From the human T2T-CHM13v2.0 reference genome, Homo sapiens, in assembly GCF_009914755.1 (NCBI RefSeq), contig NC_060927.1: a stretch of DNA of 64,000 bases; one strand, 5' to 3'. The position numbers and the translations under genes were made by a program. The notes below the pieces were generated by a model, which searched no databases, was not told the origin of the DNA, and saw only the letters and a program-made list of their open reading frames with translations. Numbering within the stretch: position 1 is the stretch's first letter; every line of letters starts with the position of its first letter. Shown here piece by piece: positions 25,351 through 38,688 of the stretch.

Positions 25351-28300
25351 CAGATTATTTTTAATAAATATATCCACCCAACAGTAGGTATGCTTACTGT
25401 GCTTACCATACGAATTTCATAAGATTACAAATATGAGAGACAGAAGTTTTCTTTTCCTTTTTCTAAATGATCATTTGATTGAATGCATTTAATTTACAAA
25501 TGTGAATATTGAGATTCAGGAGCACACGCCACAGATTCTCTCTGAAAATGTGTACCACGTACAGAGTGCCACATAAAGCACCAGCACATGTTGCTATTTG
25601 GAAGATTGGAGGATGCTTTCTGGAATATTAGGTGCTAGACTCTCTATGCATAAGAAAATATTACCAGCTTATTATTTCAGTTGCTCCTTCATATTCCAAT
25701 GTCATACTTCAAGAAAATCTGATTTATGTATTACCTAGTTTTGCATGCTTTCTTTATAATGTGGCCACATGTCAAATATTCATCTGCATATAATGCAATA
25801 CATAACTAAATAGAAAAATCCACTCACAAGTTTATTTAGACTGACTTGCATAAAACAGTGAGGAATTGTGAAGAGTGATTTCTTTAACAGTAGCTCTTCA
25901 GGCACCAGAAAGAAATACTAACTAAATACAAGCCATTCATACTTAGAACTTGTTGTAAACATGCCACTTAGTGTTTGTGAACCTGTATCATGCCAATACA
26001 ATGAATATTAGAAATTTTAATAGCACATTTCATTTACAAATTCAGTCATGTGCAAACAGTAGATGTTTCCAAATAAGTGGGAAATAATTAAATAATTAAT
26101 ATAACGGTGGCACTCATGTTTATACATTATTATATAAAATGGTAAAAAAAAAAACTACCTAATTTTAGCTTTTCTGCCTGGCCTTTTCCTTTAAAAATTT
26201 CCAAAATTGCTGAAAAAATAAAATATAAAACAGTATAAGGTGTTACCTTCACCCACATTCACACTTTCACACATTTTTTATCTTGCTGTATTTCTCCCTT
26301 TCGTGTTTTTTTTTTTTTTTTTGCTGAAGCACTTAAAATGTTTGTAAACATGTTAATACTTCACTCCTAAATACTTTAGTACTTTAGTTACATCTATTTT
26401 ATAACAAGACCCAGGAAGTTTATTATAGACATAACATTATTATCTAATTAAGAGACTCTATTTAAAATATATTTTAAGTTTGTTTTTAATCCATGTGGAA
26501 AATTTTGCTCCTGTGCCTGAATTATTTCCAAACTGATCAATGTTATAGATTTACTGCATTTGTACTTTTGAAATGTTAACACTATGAATTGTAATCTTTG
26601 TTTAAGATATTACTTATTAAAATGATTGTTTTTATAAAGAGAGTTTATGGAGTGAATCTTGATCACCTCATTTTATATATCTAAGAAGAAGTATCAGATT
26701 GTATGATGCCAGTGTGGGTAAAACACAGAGAATAGCATGTTACACAGTTATATACATCTTTATAGCGATCATTCATTAACTTTGGAATCAAAATTTGAAA
26801 TTCTGTGCTCTAAATGTATAGAAAAATTCTCTTGTTTCTCCATTTGGAAATTTTAACAATTAATGATACAAAAAGCAACAGTTATAGTGCAAAGATGAAA
26901 TACCAGCAGAAGAGCAAACTCTAAACATTTTAAGTAATGTTGGAAGAGTTCTTACAGGGTTATAAACGTTAAAGGCGATTCCTTTAGTGTATAACTTGAG
27001 TCTTATGGTAGAGCAGTAAGCTAGCGTATCAGCCGATTACTTGAAGCATGAGTATTTTAGACATAAATTGTATAGATATCATCAACTAAGTATGTTAGAA
27101 ATTTTTACTATAATTCTATAGTACATATAATACATGTATATATAATACATGTAAATGTACTATAATACATTTGCATGTATTAAACATGCAAATATAGTAA
27201 AGGTTTTTTTAGATTAGCAGGAAATTCATCATCTGATTTTTTATTTTAATAATCAAATGTGTCAATGCTAGCTGATAAAGGAAATACAGATATAAATTAG
27301 ACCTGTTAGTTGTTACCTGTTCTCAAGACCCTAAAATTTCATAAGACAAACAAAAATATAGAGGTCAAAATAAATTAATTGGCTGGAACAGAATCTGTTA
27401 TCACTGAGAACAAATGTCTTCAGTTGACCAGTGTCATCATCAAAGTACAGAAAACAGACATGGAATACAAATTCAGTATCAAAACCACATGATACAGGGC
27501 GGGTCCAAAAAGTGCTAATTTGCCTAATAACCCTCATTTTTCAGACTTAATGTATAATTTCTTACTACATAATGAATTGCAAATACACTAAAATTAATTT
27601 TCTATTATCAACAGATGGACATTAAAGCTCAGGTATTATTCATTTAATTAAATTTATTAAACTCAAGTATGTTGAGGAATTTTCTAAGTGTTGTGGATAA
27701 TATGAAAGAGCTAACTCATTGCACCTGCTTCAAGTAGAAACCAATGAGTCAGGCCTTGAAGTGATAGGGATGAAAAAAAAATAATGGCCCTGAGTATCTA
27801 GAATAGTGGGTCTGATAAGGTAGTACATGGAGATTGTTTTATGTAAACAGACTTAAACAATTACAAGGCTATTAAACACTGAAATTGAAACCATATCATC
27901 TCAGAAACTCAGAGATTCAATTTTCAACATAAACAAAGGGTGGCTCTATGAATTTTGATGCTTAAGAAAAGGTAGTTCATTATAAACCACTCAATTTGTC
28001 AGAGTTTTCAAGTCGTTGTTACACTGATAACAATCCAAGCTCTGTATTGGTTATATTCTATTCTTCCATGGCTGTCTGAGAGTACCTGGGTAATATGAAG
28101 TTTTTGGAGGCTAATTTTAAATGGCACAATGAGTTTCTTTGACTCTAGGTTTTGGTTTGAAGCTTTGCAAAAGATGAAGGAAACTTGCATGGTCTAATAA
28201 TTGTAGGCACAAAATATCAACAAGGATTGAGATGAAGGACAACAAACATAATAGAGAAGCTATAGGAAACAGTGAATGAAACATGGGAGAAAAGCTATAA

Positions 28301-29428
28301 CAATGCTTCTGAAGCCTTGCAGTAAAAAATAAAAAGCTATGATTGAAGGAGCTTTGCCTCTCTCTTTTTTTTTCCATTTATAACCTGTCATTCCTCTGGG
28401 TGTGTTATCACATCCTGCATTTAGTGGCAATAATCTGGCACTATGTGGAGCCAGGAATTCTGGGAACAGAAGAAGGCAAAGGATAACAGCATGAGCAATA
28501 ACAGCATTTCTCCACTGAACTGAGTAAAGGGAAAGTACTGGAGCAGGATGGCATGTCTGTAAGTCAAAGGGAGAATGGGTTTGGCAGGATAGAAACAGAG
28601 AAGGTTTGAACACATTTGTTGGATGGCATGAGCAGAGTTCCATATTTAGATTACTGGACAATCCCAGGGGAAAATCTAGGTGTTTCTGAGTGTCTTTTTC
28701 GCAAAGCAAATTTATTTTTCAAGCTGTACATTATTTATTTTTCCTGCTGGTAAGGAGACCAGGGGTGGTTTTTTTACAGAGACACTTTGAAATGAGTGAT
28801 AATATTACAGACAACATAGTGGATGCATTAACCAACAAGAAGATGCTGGTGATATTCACACGGTTCAGGGTCTCAGCATGAGAGTGTTAATCTCTTAGGG
28901 CACAATTGCAACTACAATTTTTAATTAAAAATTAAAAGAGCCTATATCCATGTATCCCTGTGATGTGTTACGGATCCAGACACAGAGCTAGGGAAATGTA
29001 CATGTATAAGGTGGCAACTAGGTTTTTGAGAGAAAAAGACTAAAAAAGAAATGAAATTCTTAAAGAAAATGAATGTTCTGTAAAAACAACAAAACATCTT
29101 TTTCTTAAATTGGAAAAAAATTAATTTCATACCATGGAAGTGTTTCCATTCTTATTTTCTCCCCATTTTTGTGTTGCTTTTTACTTCCACATATACAAAG
29201 ACAATAAATAAATAAATACAAATAAAGGAATAAATACAACTCAATGCAATACATGCTCTGCAAATCAATACATGTGGGAGATGTGTTTAAAAAAAAAGTA
29301 AATAAATAATTTCCATGTGGGTCAGACGAGTGAGGGCCCACAATAACGATCATCTTTTGGTCTCTAATGTTTTCCAGCAACCAGATGCCCTGAACTGCTG
29401 CAAAAGTCTCTTAAAGTCAAGCAAAGTT

Positions 29429-30509
29429 TATCAGGGGAACCAGCCCCCAATATATCAACATAGGTTCTTTTTTATTTTCCCTAAGTGTCGGCCAGTCTGA
29501 GAAATAAAGAGAAAGAGTACAAAGAGAGAAATTTTACAGCTGGGCCTCCAGGGGTGACATCACATGTCTGCAGGTTCCGTGATGCCCACCTGAGCCACAA
29601 AACCAGCAAGATTTTATTATGAATTTTAGAAGGGGAGGGAGTGTATGAATAGGGAGTGGGTCACAGAGATCACATGTTTCATAGGGCAATAAAAGATCAC
29701 AAGGCAAGGGGGCGGAGCAAGATCACAAGGCAAGGGAGAAATTAGAATTACTGATGAGGTTCCATGTCCCACTGGGTATACATTGTCTTGATAAACATCT
29801 TAACAGGAAACAGGGTTTGAGAGCAGACAACTGGTTTGACTAGAATTTGCCAGGCTGGAATTTCCTAATCCTAGCAAGCCTGAGGGTGCTGCAGGAGACC
29901 AGGGTGTATTTCATCCCTATCTTCAACTCATAAGACAGACATTCCCAGAGCGGCCATTTTAGAGACCTCCCCCTGGGAATGCATTCCTTTCCCAGGATTA
30001 TTCCTTGCTGAGAAAAGAATTCAGTGATATTTCTCCTATTCGCTTTCTGCAAGAAGAGAAATATGACTCTGTTCTGCCTGGCCCTGCAGGCAGTCAGACC
30101 TTATGGTTATCTCCCTTGTTCCGTGAACATCACTGTTATCCTGTTCTTTTTCAGGGTGCCCAGATTTCATATTGTTCAAACACACATGTTTTACAAAGAA
30201 TTTGTACAGATAATGCAATCATCATAGGGTCCTGAGGTGACATACATCCTCAGTTTACAAAGATGATGGGATTAAGAGATTTAAGTAAAGACAGGCATAG
30301 GAAATTATAAGAGTATTGATTGGGGAAGTGATAAATGTCCATGAAATCTTCACAATTTATGTTCAGAAATTGCAGTAAAGACTAGTGTAAGAAATTATAA
30401 AAATATTAATTGGGGAACTAACAAATGTCCATGAAAACTTCACAATTTATGTTCTTCTGCCATGGCTTCAGCAGGTCCCTCCATTCGGGGTCCCTGACTT
30501 CCTGCAACA
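29429..30509 (-). mobile_element. Solo MER11 LTR (ERVK/HML-8), full length
   Basis: The reverse complement starts TGTTGCAGGAAGTCAGGGACCCCGAATGGAGGGACC and ends GGCTGGTTCCCCTGATA. Exact 6-bp TSD aaagtt (29423-29428 and 30510-30515). Internal ~90-bp tandem unit at about 30285-30455. Confidence 0.93.
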
Positions 30510-31793
30510 AAAGTTTATTGCCTTTAATGTAAAAACATGAATATATGGCAACAGCTGATTTTTGGAGGGACAATGTTTTCAAAAATCTAAATTTGCTGGT
30601 GAATGGTGGATATGTTTTCAGTCACTCAAGTGTTGGTTCAGATTTCAGCTTCTCCATCTATTAGCAAGACAACAATCAGAAATTTATGTAGATTTTCTGA
30701 GTATTGGTTTTCTCTTCTCTAAACCTAGGAAAACAATATAATTCTTATTATATATAAAGAATCTTGCATAATGCTTGGCATACCGACCTTCAGTTATTTT
30801 CATTTTCTTCTTTCCAAGTTGTTAAATATTACACTTGGGATAAATATTTATTGAAAATCTAATACAGGATAGATAATAAAGAAGATGGATTTAAATAAAG
30901 GTATTCTTACTAGTAGAAAAAACTAATCTACACACCATTGAGACACAAATCAAGCAATATAATATTAAACACTAAAGTTATGGTTTCTACAGTAGAAAAG
31001 TATAATATGCAGGCTATAAAAATAGCACAAGGCAATATGTAATTATATGGTAAATAGGAATTTAATTAATAGTATATAGAGGTAAAAGAAAATGGAGACT
31101 ATTGATAATTGTACTGGTCAGGAAATAATTCATGAAGATGATAAGACTTAAGCCTAAAGAAGGGCAAGATTTGGGCAAAGTTAATAAGAAGCAACTGGAA
31201 TTTTATAAGTAAAAGTTACATCAGAGTTATGTCTGCCACAGTGAAGACTAATACACAAGATTCATCATGAATACTTTATATTTACAAACAGTATGACCAG
31301 CATTCATTTCAGACTAAATAATCAAATATATATACATATATATATACACAAAAATATTGTATCACTGTTTCTTTAACATTAACAATTTTATTTTTATAAA
31401 CTCTTATTTCTGCTGGAATCCTCCATAGCTTTTCCTAAATATTTACTTTCTTGATCGAACTCTACATAATCCTGCAATTTGGGATTTCTGTATTAAACTA
31501 AATAGCACTATCAAGATGTAGCTGTAGAAAAACTCTTACCATAGAAAGAAGTTTCATATTTTATATTTTTAATCTTATATTTTATAAATTTTCCATATGT
31601 TTTGTATATTTTATAAATTCCTAAATCATAGAATAGTTATATCACTCAGATTTCATAGTTATCACTATGACAAATATTATGTTTTTAGTTATTACAACTT
31701 AATTTTAGGTGTTTTTGCCCTAAAACACCAGATATAATTTTTGTGCCTGTATTTTTTTACCATTCATCTCCAACAAAAACAGACTTTTAAAAA

Positions 31794-33103
<1,310 letters not shown>

Positions 33104-33123
33104 TTACTAAATGTTATCTAGGA

Positions 33124-33471
33124 CAGGGGTCCCCAACCCTGGGGCTGCAGATGGGTTCCAGTCTGTGGCCTGTTATGAACGGAGCCACACAGCAAGAGGT
33201 GAGTGGCAGGCAAGCAAGCATTACCGCCTGAGCTCTACCTCCTGTCAGATGGGCAGCAGCATTAGATTCTCGTAGGAGCATGAACTCTATTGTGAACTGC
33301 ACATGTGAGGGATTTGTGTTGTGTACTCCTTCTGAGAATCTAACTAATGCCTGATGATTTAAGGTGGAACAGTTTCATCCTGAAGCCATCCCCACCTCTC
33401 CACCCTTTGTCTGTGGACAAATTGTCTCCCACAAAACTGGTCCCTGGTACCAAAAAAGTTGGGGACTGTTT
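33124..33471 (+). mobile_element. MER1B hAT-Charlie DNA transposon
   Basis: TIRs caggggtccccaac ... gttggggactg; 8-bp TSD atctagga / atctaaga; diagnostic cattagattctc...ggagc...tattgtgaactgc. Confidence 0.92.
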
Positions 33472-33872
33472 ATCTAAGACCTTGTTTCTGTTGAAATTTC
33501 TATAGTAATTTCAAGCCGTTTTTTGCAATTGATATTTGAATCAAGATATAGATGGGTTTGTGTTTGCATGATATATTATTATCTCCTTTGTTCTGTAACA
33601 GATTCCCCTCCCCTAACTTTTATGCTATTTAATGGTTGAAGAAGTTGGATAATTTGTCGAGTAGACTTTGGGTGATTTCACCTTTATGGTGTTTTCTAAC
33701 ATGTGCATCTATCCTCTGCATTTATTGTAAACTGGTGATTCTAGGTAGAGACCTTATTAATATTATATATTTTGGGGGGCAGACGACTTCATTTTAACAG
33801 GCTGTGTACGTTGTATTTCAGCAAATGAAGTGGCATGTAAAACCTGGTTTTCTGACATTTAGTCATCTTAGG

Positions 33873-34277
33873 TTTTTTTGGTTTTTTTTTTTTGAGTTTT
33901 TATTTGCATAAATTTAAGAGGTACAAGTACACTTTTGTTACATGGCTATATTGCATAGTGGTTAAGTCTGGGCCTTTAGCATTCCATCATCCATTAGAAA
34001 GTCGGCAAAGAACATGAATAGACATTTTTAAAAGAAGAAATATAAATAGCCCAGAGGCATATTAAAAATGCTCAACATTACTAATCAGAAAAATGCAAAT
34101 TAAAACCAAAATAAGATATAATCATACATCAGTTAGAATGGCTATTATTAAACAGACAAAAAATAACATGTTGGTGAGGATGTGGAGAAAAGAGAATGCC
34201 TTATACATTATTAGTTGGAATGTAAAATAGTCAACCTCTATGGAAAACAGCATGTGGATTTCTCAAATAACTATAAA
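33873..34277 (-). mobile_element. Short L1PB4-like insertion with 5' inversion
   Basis: Poly-T and antisense 3' end (33873-~33992), then a sense ORF2-end segment (33993-34277). TSD ttagtcatcttaggttt / ttagtcatatcaagttt. Confidence 0.8.
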
Positions 34278-35384
34278 TTAGTCATATCAAGTTTGATCAG
34301 TGAGTTCTGATTTGTTCTCCTTAATCTATTTTTCTTCGAAATTTTTTTACCATCTAGTTTTGCCTAATACTGATGTATTTTGTGTAGATCAATTATTTTA
34401 TTTGGGGGGCACAAATCATTATATTGTAACTGTCATTCTTTCTGGAGTCCTTCATTTAACTCTCACTCATCAGTTTTCATTACCCTGAAAAGGAATTGCA
34501 CAGGAAACCAAGTATTAATGTTTGATTACATTCATGCATTTATCATTTTCAGGATAACTAATTGCATCTGCTTGAATGAGTTATATTTTTTATTCAGTTT
34601 GATGCTTCAATTATCTCTGCTGTGGTCAGTGACTGCTCTTTTAAGTTGGTTCCTTTGTTTTGTGTAGACACATTAATACTTTCCAGGCTTTCTGACAAAA
34701 ATAAAATGTCCCAGGGTCATCTCATAAATGTCTTGACCTAGATCTATAATCAACTATTTCTCCAAAGAAATCTTTTCACTAAAAGGAAAATCATATTTAG
34801 AGATTACAGTCTGAAGGCTCCATTTGTTCATTGTTTCCAGCTTGTTGTAATTCTAGGACTTTTCAGAAGGCAGAGCTAGGAAATAATTACTATTTAGAAA
34901 ATTTGAAAAAATCATATGTTTATATTTTTTAAATTGAAGTCTATTTTCTTATGTCTCATATTTGTATTTTATTGGATTGCACACAAAATATTCTCTTAAT
35001 GACTTTTATATTATTTTTATTTGCTTTATCATATATCTATATCCAATAATATTTCCAAAATAATAGCCACATTGTCCTTAATAAAACTAAAACTATTGAT
35101 GGAATTTAAAATTGTTTTGGTTATTGTTCTAGTTTAAGAATCTCCAGAAGAATATATAAAGTTGTTTGAAATACTTTTTTGTGTTATTATAGTAGTAATT
35201 TGATTTAAAAGTTATATTCATTGATTTCAACTTACTTTTAGCTTTTAGTTTGTATGGAAAATTGATTTCTTTAGACCTCCTTCATCCTTTTCAAGGCGGT
35301 GGGGTTTTTTTGGCTTTGTTTTATTTTTCATATGGGATTAGATATTTATTCTAGATACATTTTTCTTTGTGGGTCTCAATTGTT

Positions 35385-35680
35385 CCTCCAGAATCACCAC
35401 CTACAGACTTATAAAAATGCCTTATTTATAAACTTGATGCTCCACACAGCATTACTTCTGACTAAATAACATTTTACAGCAAGATAAGAACAGCAATCTG
35501 ATCAAGTCGATGTAAATCACTCATCCCACCACATGTCCTGTTATCCAGAAGCATGTGTCTTGACAGACTAAGGGGATGGTTTGCTGAAAGTTCAATGCAA
35601 TCACCTGCTGGAAGATAGACACTTCCGTGGCTGGAGTATGACCGTCAACCAATGACCAATATTTGATGTTATTTCCCCCA
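35385..35680 (+). mobile_element. ERVL-type internal fragment (integrase core)
   Basis: ccacacagcattacttctgac...ttttacagcaa...catgtcctgttatccagaagca...gatggtttgctgaa follows the ERVL integrase PHSIASDQG..FTA..YH.P.HPEA...NGLLK region. Confidence 0.65.
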
Positions 35681-37830
35681 CTGCTTGATTGCAGTATTTT
35701 TCTTTATCTTCTTTTCACAATCACCTGCACCACTGTGGGTCTTATGGATCTCCTTGATATAAACAGTTTGGAAACTCACTTGTATTCTGAAGTATTTGGG
35801 CATATTAAGTCACTGGTTTTGTTGAAATATTGTTCTCTATTCTCGTCCTAATTGATCTGCTTCTTTCAGTGAAGGAATTTTGGCAAATGTCTGAACACAA
35901 CTGAATGATCATTTTTCCACAACTGATCACTTACTTGAACTACAGTAGGATATTACTCATTGAAATCTAGCTTTCAATTCACAATGTCAGCAGATCATTT
36001 TCTCCTGTCTTTAGGAGAGTATTCCTGAATAATTTCAGTTTGGAGTTACCAAGACTTAATTTATAGCTCTCTTACTTGTTTAATGTGAGAATTTGGATAA
36101 TTTACTCAATTTTTAGAAACTTCAGTTATAATTTCTGTAAGAAAGATGATGATCTTACTTATCACAGAGAGTAAAGGATAAATTAGTGGCTTAGAGTTCT
36201 AGCCACTTTGCTGAGACATGGACATTTGCCTTTTTTTTGTCATTGTGGTTTAATCTTTTCTCATTCATTAACATTTCAATTTGTTAATAACATTAATTAA
36301 GAAACTGCTTCTGTTTGCTTTGTAAAGGCTGTACATTGGGAGTAAATTCCTTAAGAAGAAAATTCTCTAGCATCTAAAACATTGAAAGGAGCAGGCTTGA
36401 TTTATTTCTTTTCAATAGAATGTTTACCAAATATATGTTGTCCAATAACAATTCCATCAAGAAAATTCTGGCAGCAAGCCACCAGAAAACCTAACTACAT
36501 TGGCTGAAGAGATTCATTTCATTAAAACTATTGATTGCCCATTTCTCTGAAGTACTTACATTGAATTTGTCATATCAGACAAATGTGGTTTAAAAATAGT
36601 CACTGACAAAGACAGTAGAGTTTGTGTATATAATATATATTTGTAGCAGACGTGCAGAACTTTAAAATATAAATTCTTAGAAATTGAGGACCATGTTGTA
36701 TTTTCTGTATCTCTCCTAAACATATTGCGAGAGATCAATAAATACTAAACAAACACATTGTGCTTCCACAAAACTGGACATGAATTTATGAAGTGACAAT
36801 ACAAGCACCAGGCAAAATATCTCATTTGGAACTAACCATGTGAAGAGGCAATAGGGAGCAGATTAAAGGGCGCAGCTGTCTCATTCCACAACTTTAGTTG
36901 GAAAACAGCCCAGAGAATATGGGAATATGTGACTCTACATCTTTTCTATAGGCCTAGCTCCTCTAGGTGTCACTGGGTTTTACAATAGCACCTTTCCTAT
37001 TCACTGCAGCTCTGTTATGCTCAAACATTGACAGCAGTTAGTTCTTCTACTTATCGAACTAAAATTTTAGTACGATACTTGTTCCCTCAAGGACTAATGA
37101 AAAGGCGGAAAAAAAAAAAACTACTACATTCAATTCAGTTTCAGATGACTTTGGGTTGATTGTATACAAGATGAGAGCAGAGATGTTAAAGTAAATGAAA
37201 AACTCAGGAGTTCATATTTTCTTTAAACAATATTTTACAGTTTTTTTTCACATAGTAAAGCTATGTCTTTAATCTTGAATTACAATAACATACAATTTAT
37301 CTGTTCACTTATTAGATATTAGTAGGTAAACTAGGCATTTTATAATTACTACTATACAGCTATTAATTGTTTTAATAATATGATTTTTCTTTGTAGCACT
37401 TTAAAAAATATAAAAATATTTTATAAACATAGTCAACGACTCTTTAAAGCAGGAAAGACTGGTTCTTTTTCTCCCCCAATCTAGAGATAAAAAAACACCT
37501 GTTCTTTAGAAAAATTATGTAATTTGGATTAGGTCATTAGCTGGCAAGTATAAGATGCCAGGTGTGAACTCAGGTCTCTAGACTCTGTCCACTCAGCCAC
37601 ACTTTTCAAATAACACATTGATTTAGTAAATTCATTAGTGAGATATGTATTGAGTGTCTATTATGTGCCAAGAATAACTATTGTGCTGAGAATAGCAGAA
37701 AAATTCACTATCCTCTGAGGCCCTGTACCTGCATGAAATAAATACATAAATAAAGTGATCATAAAATATAACACAATAAAAGTAACACACAGGGTGAGAG
37801 ATACAGGAGGCCAGAGAGGGCTTCTAGGCA

Positions 37831-38024
37831 TAAGCTTGTCAGATCGAGCAAATAAAAATACAGGGCACCAGTTAACTTCAAGTTTCTGATAATCAACACA
37901 TTTTCTATTTGTATATTTTGTCCTACGCAGTATTTGCAACCTTCGCCATCTTTACAGTAACAAAAACTTGTTGATCTGAAGTTCACATCTAATTGGACAT
38001 TTTGTATTTTATCTGGCAATCCTA
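37831..38024 (+). mobile_element. MER53 palindromic hAT MITE
   Basis: ttgtcagatcgagcaaataaaaatacaggg...cagttaa ... tgtattttatctggcaatccta matches the recalled MER53 termini. Confidence 0.8.
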
Positions 38025-38374
38025 TCTGGGAGGTGACATTTGAGCTAAGACCTGAATGAAATGAAAGAGCCAGCTATTCAAAGATCCAGGTGAAGAACGT
38101 TTCAATAAAGGAATCCACGAAACTCTCAAAAAAAAACTCAGGAAGCCAGTGTGTCTCAGTCTTGATGAAGAGGCTAACATAATGTTGGGCAGGGAAGCTG
38201 AAGCTAGATAATACAGAGACCTCGGATAACGAATTTGGACTATATTCTTAGTACTCCATGTACCTCTGAAGAAGTTATAAGCTAGAGAGATATTATCTGA
38301 TTTATGCTTGAAAAATAATCCTCTGGCTTCTTTATAGAAAAGAGATTGAAGAGTGGAGCAAGAATTGATGCTGG

Positions 38375-38688
<314 letters not shown>

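Noticed and set aside
27385-27460. Possible C/D snoRNA on the minus strand (ATGATGAcactggt...CTGA)
   Set aside because: No terminal D box at a suitable distance and no terminal stem.
36560-36602. 43-bp minus-strand exon candidate
   Set aside because: Weak acceptor and short length; not enough support without RNA data.
37831-38024. MER53-derived miRNA hairpin (miR-1302-like)
   Set aside because: The arms are heavily diverged from each other, so a clean pre-miRNA stem is unlikely.
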